Shown here: positions 47,448-56,930 of the stretch, piece after piece | Layout: every line of letters begins with the position of its first letter | Numbering within the stretch: position 1 is the first letter of the stretch | Origin: Thermoplasmata archaeon | Lineage (GTDB): Archaea; Thermoplasmatota; Thermoplasmata; Lutacidiplasmatales; UBA184 | Direction of reading: 5' to 3' | Assembly (NCBI GenBank): GCA_035501555.1 | Contig: DATJWA010000027.1 | Coordinates: forward strand, 256,156-320,155 | Length of the DNA: 64,000 nt | The notes under the pieces: generated by a model | What the model saw: the letters and a program-made list of their open reading frames with translations, nothing else | What the model was told of the DNA's origin: nothing | Databases searched by the model: none | Program-made: the position numbers and the translations under genes

Positions 47448-49364
47448 GTGGCCTCCACTCGGCGCCTCTCCGCCATCATGTTTACGGACATGGTTGGTTC
47501 GACGGCATCGGCCCAGGCCAACGAGGCCCAGGCCCTCAAGCTCAGGGACGAGCAGGCGGCTCTCCTCCGGCCTCTATTCGCCGTTCATCAGGGGCGCGAA
47601 GTCAAGTCGATGGGCGACGGGTTTCTCACGGAGTTCGACAGTGCGCTCCGGGCCGTTCAGTGCTCCATCGACATCCAGCAACATCTGCACGAGCGAAATT
47701 CGCAACCCGGGGTGGCCCCGATTCGGCTTCGAATCGGGATCCACCTCGGCGATGTCGAGCAGCGCGAGAGCGACATTTTTGGAGACGCGGTGAACATCGC
47801 CTCACGAATCGAATCGATCGCCGAGCCCAGCGGCATTTGTGTCTCAGGAGCCGTCCACGAGCAGGTACGGAACAAGATTGCCGACCGGTTCGAGAAGCTC
47901 CCGCCCACGCTGCTCAAGGGATTGGAACGCTCGATGGACCTGTACCGGGTTCTCCTGCCCTGGACCCGTGGCGAAGCCCCCGTGAGGGGCACCGGACCTC
48001 CACGACTGGCGGTGCTTCCGTTCTCCAACATCAGCCCGGACCTGAAGGACGAGTACTTCGCAGACGGTCTTACGGAGGAACTGATCACCGTCCTCTCGCA
48101 GTTGCGCGAGATTCGAGTCATTGCCCGAACCTCAGTCGCCCAGTACAAATCGACGAACAAGTCGGCGGCCCAGATCGGGGCCGAGTTGGGCGTCGATGCT
48201 ATTTTGGAGGGCAGCGTCAGAAAGTCAGGGGATGATCTCCGTATCACCGTCCAACTCATCGATGGTGCGACGCAGGAGCACACGTGGGCGAACACCTACG
48301 ACCGGAAGCTCGAGAAAGTATTCGCGGTCCAGGCAGAGATTGCGAAGCAGGTGGCGGAAGGGCTCAGAATCAAGCTTCGGCCAACGGAGACGGCGCGGCT
48401 CGAGAGTCAATCCCCGGTGATGCCGGATTCCTACCTCGCGTATCTTAGAGGCCGTTCCCTACTGGTATCACAATGGTCCGACAAGGGCTTCAGAGCGGCA
48501 AAACAACACTTCGAGGTTGCGCTTTCAATAGACGAGACAAACGCGAGGGCCCACTCCGGATTGGCGGATGCACTCAAGCATATCGCGTGGGCTGAGAACG
48601 AACCTCTAACCAACGACCAGGAGTCCGTGGTTAGGGACCACGTCGCTCGGGCCCTGCAACTCGACCCCAACCTTGCGGAGGCTCACTGCTCGCTCGGACT
48701 GATTCTCTGGGACGAGAATGATCACCGGGGCGCCGCGAAGGAGATGGAACTCGCCCTGTCCATCAATCCGAGTTTGTCCTACGCGCACTTCGAGTACGCG
48801 CTCATCCTCCTGTGCTTTGCCCGATCCGAGGACGGCCTCCGAGAGCTCGCGCTGGCCGAGGAACTGGACCCGATCTCGGTGCAGTACGCGGATTGGCACG
48901 CGTTTTTGCTCATCATGCTTCGAAGACTCGACGAGGCGGCGGTCAGACTGGACAGGCTCAAGGAGTTGGATAAAGCCGGCATCGTCTACAGCGGCACACT
49001 CAGCTACTATCTGTGGGCGAGGGGCGATTTCGATGGCGCCCTTCAGGCATGTGACCGACTCGCAGAGCTCAGAGGCGAACCCGCATGGACCGGCCGCGTC
49101 ATGTCACTTTCGAGTATGGGCAAGAAAGAGGAGGCTTGGAAGTTAATCCGGGAAGCGGAAGCATTGCCGAAAAAGCCACTCCTAGAAGAACGGGCGATGT
49201 GGCGGGCGTTTGTCGGTGATGTCGATGGCTGTTTCCAGTACCTGGATGAGTCATTCGAGAGTCACCAGCTCACCACTCAGGTCTGGATGTTCGAACCGGC
49301 GCTCGGACCAATTCGGTCTGACCCCAGGTTCGCTCAACTCCTGAAGAAGCTGAATCTCGCGTAA
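47448..49364 (+). CDS. Class III adenylate cyclase - TolB_N-like - TPR protein
   Basis: Cyclase motifs; LAVLPFSNIS..EYFADGLTEELI; ALQLDPNLAEAH; IRSDPRF C-terminus. Confidence 0.92.
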   Translation: MASTRRLSAIMFTDMVGSTASAQANEAQALKLRDEQAALLRPLFAVHQGREVKSMGDGFLTEFDSALRAVQCSIDIQQHLHERNSQPGVAPIRLRIGIHLGDVEQRESDIFGDAVNIASRIESIAEPSGICVSGAVHEQVRNKIADRFEKLPPTLLKGLERSMDLYRVLLPWTRGEAPVRGTGPPRLAVLPFSNISPDLKDEYFADGLTEELITVLSQLREIRVIARTSVAQYKSTNKSAAQIGAELGVDAILEGSVRKSGDDLRITVQLIDGATQEHTWANTYDRKLEKVFAVQAEIAKQVAEGLRIKLRPTETARLESQSPVMPDSYLAYLRGRSLLVSQWSDKGFRAAKQHFEVALSIDETNARAHSGLADALKHIAWAENEPLTNDQESVVRDHVARALQLDPNLAEAHCSLGLILWDENDHRGAAKEMELALSINPSLSYAHFEYALILLCFARSEDGLRELALAEELDPISVQYADWHAFLLIMLRRLDEAAVRLDRLKELDKAGIVYSGTLSYYLWARGDFDGALQACDRLAELRGEPAWTGRVMSLSSMGKKEEAWKLIREAEALPKKPLLEERAMWRAFVGDVDGCFQYLDESFESHQLTTQVWMFEPALGPIRSDPRFAQLLKKLNLA

Positions 49365-49402
49365 CACGACCCGATTGTGCCCCCGTTCGGCAAGCGACCC
49401 TT

Positions 49403-49438
49403 TTTCGGAAGGGGGGTTGACGGGTTCAAATCCCCGCC
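49403..49438 (+). repeat. Variant junction-like repeat with T-arm motif
   Basis: TTTCGGAAGGGGGGTTGACGGGTTCAAATCCCCGCC. Confidence 0.6.
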
Positions 49439-49461
49439 AGAGAGGAGGCGGGGTCCAGGAA

Positions 49462-50814
49462 TCACCGCGATACCGCGAGGAACGTCTCCCAGTTCCCCTC
49501 CACGCCCTTGAACCGGCGGGACCCCCGTTCCTCAAACCGCACCTCTGAGCCTACGGATAGGTCACGGACAGTTCGTGAGGTCACGATCTCGCCGCCGCCA
49601 GCGGAATCGCAGATCCGGGACGCAAGGTGGACCGCCATCCCGACGACGTCGTTGTCTGCCACGAGGCACTCACCGGTGTGAACTCCGGCCCGAAGCTCGA
49701 GGCCCCGTTGTTTCGCCTGGTCCCGAGCGGATTGTGCGAAGCGTACCGCCCGGGTCGGTCCGTCGAAGGTGGCGAGGAACCCATCGCCAGTCGTCTTCAC
49801 CAATCGACCCCGGAAGCGGGTGATTTCGGCGCGGGACCCAGCGAGGAAGGACTCCAGAATCTCCCTCCAACTGTGATCACCCAGCCGGGAGGCGAGTCGG
49901 GTCGAATCGACGATGTCGGCGAAGACTACGGTCTTGAGTACTCGGTCCTCGTCAGGCAAACCCGATGGTAGGCTGGTGAGGAACGATTTCTGGGCACGGA
50001 GGGAGGCGGCGCTCGCTTCGGGGTTCGCCCAGAAGAAGTGGTCTCGTCCCGGAATGGAAACAATCCGAGACCCAGCCACGCGGGAGGCGACGTAATCCGC
50101 GTTCTCCTCACGAACGGCCCTGTCGCCCGGGCATTTCAGGATGAGCGTCGGGACGTGAACCGCCGGAAGAGTCGCCCGAACGTCAATTTCAAGGTTCATC
50201 CGCGCGAGGGAGGCGGCCGCGGAGGGCGACGAACCAAACCGGATCACCCGCCCGTACCATCGTTTGAAATCGGGATCCGCTACCCGGCTCGGGGCCTGTG
50301 TCGACAAAAGTCGGTCGATGTGCGGAGGCGTCCCCCAATCCTCGTCCGAAAGTCGGATGGACTCCTCCACCTCTTCGCGCGTGGGGGCGAAGGCGAAGTC
50401 GGGAGCCCACGCACCTCGGACCGTCGGAGCGATAAGGATGAGGCCCAAGGTTCGTTCCGGGTAGGTCGCCGCGAACAGGAGGGCCATCGCCGCCGTGTCG
50501 GTGGCTCCAAAAATCACCGCACGATGACTCTTCGCCGCGTCCATGACGGCCCGGAGATCATCCATCCGGTCCTCGAGCGTCGGCGTCCCAACCGCTCGGT
50601 CCGAGAGACCCACACCGCGCTTGTCCCACAGGATCACCCGGGCGGCGCTCCCTAGATCCCGGAAGTATCCCGCGACCGCTGGCTGCTCCCAGACGAGTTC
50701 GAGATGAGAGATTGCCGTACGACCGTAGACCAGGTCGACGGGACCCGCCCCGAACACCTCGTAGGCGATGCGAAGGTCGCCGCTACGGGCGTACCGGACT
50801 TCGGGAACCTCCAT
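49462..50814 (-). CDS. Alpha/beta-hydrolase - class III cyclase fusion (LipJ/Rv1900c-like)
   Basis: YARSGDLRIAY, DKRGVGLSDR; FADIVDST, VKTTGDG, GMAVHLASR. Confidence 0.9.
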   Translation of the reverse strand: MEVPEVRYARSGDLRIAYEVFGAGPVDLVYGRTAISHLELVWEQPAVAGYFRDLGSAARVILWDKRGVGLSDRAVGTPTLEDRMDDLRAVMDAAKSHRAVIFGATDTAAMALLFAATYPERTLGLILIAPTVRGAWAPDFAFAPTREEVEESIRLSDEDWGTPPHIDRLLSTQAPSRVADPDFKRWYGRVIRFGSSPSAAASLARMNLEIDVRATLPAVHVPTLILKCPGDRAVREENADYVASRVAGSRIVSIPGRDHFFWANPEASAASLRAQKSFLTSLPSGLPDEDRVLKTVVFADIVDSTRLASRLGDHSWREILESFLAGSRAEITRFRGRLVKTTGDGFLATFDGPTRAVRFAQSARDQAKQRGLELRAGVHTGECLVADNDVVGMAVHLASRICDSAGGGEIVTSRTVRDLSVGSEVRFEERGSRRFKGVEGNWETFLAVSR

Positions 50815-50925
50815 CGCCCACCGGCCGGAATCGAACGCGAACGGGGTATATCGACTGTCCGGGGGGCCGATGCGAAGAGACCTTTGGCCCCCGTGCGAAG
50901 ACGACCCCTCGGAAATCTCAAAAGA

Positions 50926-50965
50926 GGTCGGAGGGGGGAACTCCCAGTTTGTTCAAGTCCCCCAC
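50926..50965 (+). repeat. Junction repeat
   Basis: GGTCGGAGGGGGGAACTCCCAGTTTGTTCAAGTCCCCCAC. Confidence 0.88.
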
Positions 50966-50975
50966 CGAAGTACGG

Positions 50976-51608
50976 TCACTCAATCTCCTTCGCTGACCCG
51001 TCGCGCGCGCGGAAGGAATTCCATCCATCGGTAGCGTCCAAACTGAGCGTCCCCTTCAACAGCGCTCGCTTCGTACCGTTCGAGACGGCGAACTCGACCT
51101 CCAGCGGGTGTGAGAGGGCCTCGTGACCGGCCGCTTGGAGGAGACCGTCCCGGATCGCCGGATTGCGGGTCCAATGAATCTCAGTGAAGGCGCCGGCCAA
51201 AAGCGCCGGCTCGTAGGCCACCTCCACCCCTCCCACTTTGGCCCGAAGTTCCCGCACGACCTCAGCGGAACAGTTGTAGAGGAACAATCGATGGGAAGCG
51301 CGCCGAGAGCTCGCGCGAGCGATGTACGAGGATTCGACGGCCTCGCGTTGCTTCTCGCCCATCGGCCAGAGGAAGGTGTAGGCGAGTCGTGTCCGGGGGG
51401 ATCGTCCGCCCCCACGCGACCCACTCCGCCATCGCTGCACCTGGCGCAAGCGGGCGCGAAGGTTCGGAGTGTCGGCTTTCCAGCTACCGTGGGAGGCCGG
51501 CGCCCATTCGGCGAGCCCGCGTTCGATGTCGCTCGCGGACCAGTCGGGATGCTGCCGCTCAAGAACAAAGACAAGTCGCTCTAACTCCGCCCGGTCCGCC
51601 TTCGTCAC
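50976..51608 (-). CDS. Hypothetical protein (possible N-terminal HTH)
   Basis: Protein-like composition from GTG 51608; ERQHPDWSASDIERGL...RQVQRWR; start uncertain. Confidence 0.65.
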   Translation of the reverse strand: MTKADRAELERLVFVLERQHPDWSASDIERGLAEWAPASHGSWKADTPNLRARLRQVQRWRSGSRGGGRSPRTRLAYTFLWPMGEKQREAVESSYIARASSRRASHRLFLYNCSAEVVRELRAKVGGVEVAYEPALLAGAFTEIHWTRNPAIRDGLLQAAGHEALSHPLEVEFAVSNGTKRALLKGTLSLDATDGWNSFRARDGSAKEIE

Positions 51609-51753
51609 GGCCCGCCCTGCGACAGTTGTCGCACTCCTTCTGGAGCGCCGGAACGCGTTCCCTCCGATAAGAAGCCCGTTGGTCGCGCGACAGCCGGACC
51701 GAAACGTCGACACAATTGGTTGTTGTGGCTAGAATGCCACGAAGAGAGAGAAC

Positions 51754-51942
51754 ATGGAGGCGAAAGCGGTGGTGGACGCGGCGGGGGCGATCGTGGGACT
51801 GTGCCGAATGGGCGTGGTGGCGGCGATGACCGACACCCTCCGGGGGACGGAGGTAGTTTTGGGCATGGCCCGAGGATTCCTGGCAACGACGATCGGGGGG
51901 AGATGTGGTCCGGCCAGCTCCTGCCCGAGATTCCCGTATTAA
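51754..51942 (+). CDS. Possible small protein (62 aa)
   Basis: ATG after a purine-rich GAAGAGAGAG; hydrophobic composition unlike the Arg/Pro-rich shadow ORFs. Confidence 0.35.
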   Translation: MEAKAVVDAAGAIVGLCRMGVVAAMTDTLRGTEVVLGMARGFLATTIGGRCGPASSCPRFPY

Positions 51943-52197
51943 ACGACCGAGACTCCCTCGTCGGTCCGGGGCCCCTCGCCGAAGCGAGGGGCCCCGATGC
52001 AGCCGGTCGACGTACTCGAGGAAGGGAGAGGCGTACAGCCGGCGGCGCTAGGGCGCTTAATGCTGTGAAGGCTATTCATGGGATGTGCTCCCGACTCCCG
52101 CTCCCGGTCGATTGGCCGCCTTCCTCGGGCGTCGAGCCTGGCGGTTTCCGGCGTCCGATGACTTCCCCTCCCTGATTGCTCCTCCGGCGGTTGGGTC

Positions 52198-54660
52198 ATG
52201 CGAGACCCCGTGTGGTTCTCGGTTCTCCATCGCCGGACCTTGTCGCGCCCGTCCAAACGCATGAGGCCCGCAGGTCAACAGTCAGACTCGGCGAACGGCA
52301 CGACTTCGTCCACGACCCGCATTGAAGGGATCTCTTCCCCGTCGGCCCCGCCCGCCGATATCGGTGTCCCGACCCGGACGGTCGGCCGGGAAGGCGAAAT
52401 CCGCACAATCGCCGACTTTCTTGGACGAATTGAAAGGAGGTCGGAGAGCGTTCTTCTCTTCTCCGGAGAAGCCGGGGTCGGTAAAACACGTCTCCTCCGT
52501 GAGGCCGAGTCGAGGGCCACGAAGATCGGAATGACGGTCCTCTCGGTCGATTGTGGTGCCCTGGACCACGGGGTCGCCTACGGTCCATGGGTCGAATTGC
52601 TTCGGCACTACCTTGAAACGACTCCTCGGAAGCAGGCGTATTCAACGGTCCAGCCGCACCTGCGTGCCCTCAGCTCCATCGCGCCGGGGTTGAACGACCT
52701 TGTGTGGCTCTTTGACCCGAGCCACAGGTCCGGCACCGACGGGCGTGAGACTCGGGTCGAACCGATTGGCCGTTTCTTTGTCGCCATCGCGGACGAACGT
52801 CCGCTGCTGCTCGCGATAGACGACCTCGGCAGTGCGGACAACTCTTCGCTAGAGCTCTTGGGGAGTGTCGCGCGCTTGGGTCGACCGTTCCCCCTCGGAA
52901 TCGTGGGCACCTATCGCGACACGCAACCGGAGGAGAACAAACCGCTGCGGCACCTGCTGTCGAACCTCGAGAGTCAGAAGTCTTGCACCACCGTGACTGT
53001 CCGCCCCCTCGACCGAGATCACCTGGGTGTGCTCATCGGCGAGGTGCTCCAAACGAAGGAGGTCCCGACCGCGTTGCGGGATGCCGTGTTCGAGAAGTCC
53101 CGAGGCAACCCGTACTATGCCGCGGAGATTGCCCAATGGCTGCTGGAGGCGGGTACCCTCCGTGCGACGTCCGCGGGCCGGTCGTGGGACTCGGACTCGA
53201 AATTGGAGCTACCCGCCCCCTTCGAGCGAGCGATCGAGGTCCGTCTCGGTCGGACCCCGAGCCTGAACCTCCCCGTCGGGAGTATCCAGGATCGACTTGC
53301 GATTCTGCCGTTTGCCAACCTCAGTCCGGACCCGGGTGACGCGTATTTCGCCGACGGACTCACCGAGGAGATGATTGGCGTGGTCTCCCAGGTGAAGGGG
53401 TTCCAGGTGATTGCCCGCACCTCAGTGATGCCCTACAAATCTGCCTCGAAAGGGGTCTTCCAGATCGGGCTCGAACTGGGCGTCTCATCGATCCTCGAAG
53501 GAAGCGTTCGTCGAGCCGGAGATCGGTTGCGGATCGCGGTGCAATTGATCGACGTACGATCCCAGGCCCACCTCTGGGCGCACACCTTCGAGCGCGCGCT
53601 CGGCGACGTGTTTGCCGTGCAGTCCGAGATCGCGAGAAAGGTGGCGAATGCACTCAAGATCAAATTGGGCCCGGCCGAGAGGAGTCGGCTGGAATCCAGA
53701 CGCTCGGTGCGGCCGGATTCGTACCTTGCCTACCTGAGGGGCCGGATCTCGTTGCATACCCATACCCAGGCATCCTTGGAGACCGCGAAGAACGAATTCG
53801 AACGGTCCATTTCGCTCGACCCGATGAACGCCGCCGCTCATGCCGGACTCGCCGCTGTAACGGAGATGATAGCGTGGTGGTTCCCAGGACCAGGCTTCAA
53901 GAGATCGACCCGAGGGAGCCGGGGATTGGCGGCGCGGGCGCTCGACCTCGACCCAGACCTCGCGGAGGCGCATGAGGCGGTCGCGTTGGTCCTGGAAGCC
54001 GAGTACGACTATCGGGGGGCGGAAAAGGAATTCAAGTTGGCTCTGGAGCTGAGTCCGAGCTACTCGATCGCGCACCATAACTACGCCTCTATTCTGGAGG
54101 AGATGGGACGGCCCGAAGAAGCGCTCTTGCAGTACTCACTCGCCGAGGGAGCCGACCCTCTTTGGGCGAGGAACCTCTTCTGGTTCGCCACCTTACTCGT
54201 CTGGTCGGGTCGGCCGGACGAAGCTCTCGTGAAGATCCGAGCGCTCGGCCAACTGGAACCCGACGGGGTGGACTATCACGCCGCCCTCACCACCTACTAC
54301 CTTTCCCAGTCCAAACCCCAGGAAGCTCTCGACGAGCTTCGTAAGGTCGTCGAGCTGGAGCCAGAACCTCGTCGCAAGTCGGTCTATCGGGCTCGCTACC
54401 TCGCGCTTTCGGGCAGGAAGAAGGAGGCCGAGGCCCAACTTCGGCACGAAGAATCGTTGCCCGTAGTTGGCGTCATCACGTGGGCCATCGCGCTGACGTA
54501 CGCCGAAATGGGGAACCTCGATGACTGTTTTCGTCTGATGGAGCAGGCCGCCGACGCTGGGTACGTTGCGTTCCAGCAACCGAGGCTGAATCCGATTTAC
54601 GAAAACGTCCGAACCGACCCGAGACTCCAGCAATTGTTAGCAAAGTTGGGCATCCCATGA
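52198..54660 (+). CDS. STAND-like ATPase - TolB_N-like - TPR hybrid (no cyclase domain)
   Basis: VGREGE, GEAGVGKT, AIDDLGSAD, SRGNPYY; LAILPFANLS..AYFADGLTEE; TPRs; start may be 52261. Confidence 0.88.
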   Translation: MRDPVWFSVLHRRTLSRPSKRMRPAGQQSDSANGTTSSTTRIEGISSPSAPPADIGVPTRTVGREGEIRTIADFLGRIERRSESVLLFSGEAGVGKTRLLREAESRATKIGMTVLSVDCGALDHGVAYGPWVELLRHYLETTPRKQAYSTVQPHLRALSSIAPGLNDLVWLFDPSHRSGTDGRETRVEPIGRFFVAIADERPLLLAIDDLGSADNSSLELLGSVARLGRPFPLGIVGTYRDTQPEENKPLRHLLSNLESQKSCTTVTVRPLDRDHLGVLIGEVLQTKEVPTALRDAVFEKSRGNPYYAAEIAQWLLEAGTLRATSAGRSWDSDSKLELPAPFERAIEVRLGRTPSLNLPVGSIQDRLAILPFANLSPDPGDAYFADGLTEEMIGVVSQVKGFQVIARTSVMPYKSASKGVFQIGLELGVSSILEGSVRRAGDRLRIAVQLIDVRSQAHLWAHTFERALGDVFAVQSEIARKVANALKIKLGPAERSRLESRRSVRPDSYLAYLRGRISLHTHTQASLETAKNEFERSISLDPMNAAAHAGLAAVTEMIAWWFPGPGFKRSTRGSRGLAARALDLDPDLAEAHEAVALVLEAEYDYRGAEKEFKLALELSPSYSIAHHNYASILEEMGRPEEALLQYSLAEGADPLWARNLFWFATLLVWSGRPDEALVKIRALGQLEPDGVDYHAALTTYYLSQSKPQEALDELRKVVELEPEPRRKSVYRARYLALSGRKKEAEAQLRHEESLPVVGVITWAIALTYAEMGNLDDCFRLMEQAADAGYVAFQQPRLNPIYENVRTDPRLQQLLAKLGIP

Positions 54661-54746
54661 CAATCCGTTGATTTCGACCTCCCGTCGACGGTGAACCCCC
54701 CCTTTCGGAGAGGAGACCGGGATTGCGAAGGGCGTTGCACGATGAA

Positions 54747-54786
54747 TGTCGGAGGGGGACATTACTGAATTGTTCATATCCCCGAC
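54747..54786 (+). repeat. Junction repeat
   Basis: TGTCGGAGGGGGACATTACTGAATTGTTCATATCCCCGAC. Confidence 0.93.
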
Positions 54787-54932
54787 TTGGGGGTCAGCGA
54801 GAAAGCACGATTGCGAGACCACCGGTAGTCGGGTTATCGCGGTTACCGGACTACCCGGAGCGGCTGGGCTCCCGACACGCCAGATGCCCACAGTCGACCA
54901 GGTAAATCGCGGGCTTTTCCGCGAACCGGGGC

Positions 54933-54942
54933 TTAATCTAAC
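54933..54942 (+). promoter_or_regulatory. TTAATCTAAC motif
   Basis: Starts 28 bp before ATG 54961. Confidence 0.75.
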
Positions 54943-54960
54943 GAATACCGTTTCCGGGCC

Positions 54961-56892
54961 ATGGCCTCCAGTCGCCGACTCGCCGCCATCATGTTCACGG
55001 ACATGGTCGGCTCCACGGCTTCAGCGCAGGCCAATGAGGCAAGGGCCCTCCGGTTGCGGGACGAGCAGGCCGGACTGGTCCGTCCCCTCTTCGCCGCCCA
55101 TCAAGGGCGCGAAGTCAAGTCAATGGGCGATGGCTTCCTAGCCGAGTTCGATAGCGCACTCCGAGCCGTGCAGTGTGCGATTGACATCCAACAGCATTTG
55201 CACGAACGGAATTCCCAGCCAGGCGTGGCACCGATTCAACTTCGTATTGGAGTTCATTTGGGGGACGTCGAAGAACGCGAGCGCGACATCTTCGGCGACG
55301 CAGTCAACATCGCCTCACGCATCGAGCCGCTCGCGCCCCCCGGAGGCGTCTGCATCTCGGGAGAGGTATCCAGTCAGATCAGAAACAAGATCCCGAACCG
55401 GCTCGAGAAACTGCCGCCGACGGCGCTGAAGGGGTTGCAGGCATCGATCGACATCTATCAAGTGGTATTGCCTTGGACGGAAGCGGGCGGCGCTGGGTTG
55501 TCCGAAGTCAATCGGAACCGGATCGCGATCCTTCCCCTCGCCAACTTCAGTCAAGCCGCCGGCGACGAGTACTTCGCGGACGGGATGACAGACGAGATCA
55601 TTTCGACGGTGTCAGGGATCAGCGGCCTCAGCGTGATCTCGCGGACATCTGTAATGAGATACAAACAGACCTCCAAGAGCATGACCGAGATCGGACGCGA
55701 ACTAAAGGCAGGAAAGCTCCTGGAAGGGAGCGTTCGGAAGTCCGGAAATCGGGTGCGGATCACCGTCCAACTGATCGACGCCGAGAGCGACGCCCATCTC
55801 TGGGCCCAGAGCTACGACGGGAGCATCGACGACGTCTTCGAGACCCAGTCCGAAATCGCTCGCAAGATTGCAGAGGCGCTGAAGCTACCCTCGCCTCGGG
55901 GCGGAGGCCGGGCTGAGAGTCCTGAGGTCTACCCGCTCTGCCTCCAGGCCCGCACATTGTGGCATAAGTTCACCCGCGAAGCGAACGAGCAGGCGATGCT
56001 CCTGTTGGAAGGCGCCCTAAAGATCGATCCCGAGTCCGCTCGGGCGACGGCCGGGCTCGCGGATTGTTACGTTACCGCAGCTAACGCCGATTGGGTTGAG
56101 AAGGACGAAGGTTACGGCAAAGCTAGAACGCTGGCCAGACGTGCGCTCGAGCAGGACGCCTCGCTGCCCGAGGCCCATTTCGCCCTAGGCCATGTGTTGA
56201 TAGTGGACGACTACCCCGCAGCCGAGGCCGAACTCAAAAAAGCGCTCACGCTGAACCCCAGTCACGCGGACGCCCACGAGTGGTACGCGGAAATCCTGCG
56301 AGGCATGGGTCGAGTGGCTGAGGCGACGCGGGAAGTCGAGAGGGCCCTCGAACTGGACCCGCTCCCGCCCAGTCGGGCGTTTTTCTTGGCGACCCAATAC
56401 TACTTCGAAGGGCGTAATGACGAGGCGATCGCAGTCTGCAACAAGATCATCCAGACGGAGCCGGGGTATGCCTGGGCGTATGCCGGGCGGGCCGTGCTGA
56501 CTTCCATCAACGGAGAGAGGGAGAGAGCCTACCGGGATTTGCAAACCTACAGACGACTACAGCGGGACGAGATCGCGTACAAGAGCCTCCAGGCTCGGAT
56601 CGAAGCTCACCTGGGAAACAAGGAAGAAGCGTCACGCCTCATCGATGAGGTGCTCGCGCTCGAGGCAGCGAGTGAATCCCCGAATGCGCGAAGCGAAACT
56701 TACCAGCTATCCTTTGCGTATGCCCTCATCGATGATCGAGCGAGATTCTTTCCGTTCGTGGAAGGTCTGATCGACCACAATAAGATGGATCCCGGTGAAC
56801 TTCGGGACCCCGCGTACCAAAACATGGCGAGTGATCTTCGATTCGCATCCCTCCTCCAGAAACTCCGCAAATCCTACGGCATTTCCAACTGA
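54961..56892 (+). CDS. Class III adenylate cyclase - TolB_N-like - TPR protein (apparent chimera)
   Basis: Cyclase motifs; N-terminus resembles the 47448 protein, C-terminus resembles the 33300 protein. Confidence 0.92.
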   Translation: MASSRRLAAIMFTDMVGSTASAQANEARALRLRDEQAGLVRPLFAAHQGREVKSMGDGFLAEFDSALRAVQCAIDIQQHLHERNSQPGVAPIQLRIGVHLGDVEERERDIFGDAVNIASRIEPLAPPGGVCISGEVSSQIRNKIPNRLEKLPPTALKGLQASIDIYQVVLPWTEAGGAGLSEVNRNRIAILPLANFSQAAGDEYFADGMTDEIISTVSGISGLSVISRTSVMRYKQTSKSMTEIGRELKAGKLLEGSVRKSGNRVRITVQLIDAESDAHLWAQSYDGSIDDVFETQSEIARKIAEALKLPSPRGGGRAESPEVYPLCLQARTLWHKFTREANEQAMLLLEGALKIDPESARATAGLADCYVTAANADWVEKDEGYGKARTLARRALEQDASLPEAHFALGHVLIVDDYPAAEAELKKALTLNPSHADAHEWYAEILRGMGRVAEATREVERALELDPLPPSRAFFLATQYYFEGRNDEAIAVCNKIIQTEPGYAWAYAGRAVLTSINGERERAYRDLQTYRRLQRDEIAYKSLQARIEAHLGNKEEASRLIDEVLALEAASESPNARSETYQLSFAYALIDDRARFFPFVEGLIDHNKMDPGELRDPAYQNMASDLRFASLLQKLRKSYGISN

Positions 56893-56930
56893 GATCTCGT
56901 TCGGTGGTTCGGCGCCCTGGCTTGGAAGGG

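Noticed and set aside
50976..51608. IS3/IS481-like transposase suggested by the HPDW..I motif
   Set aside because: No DDE domain or terminal inverted repeats are recognisable.
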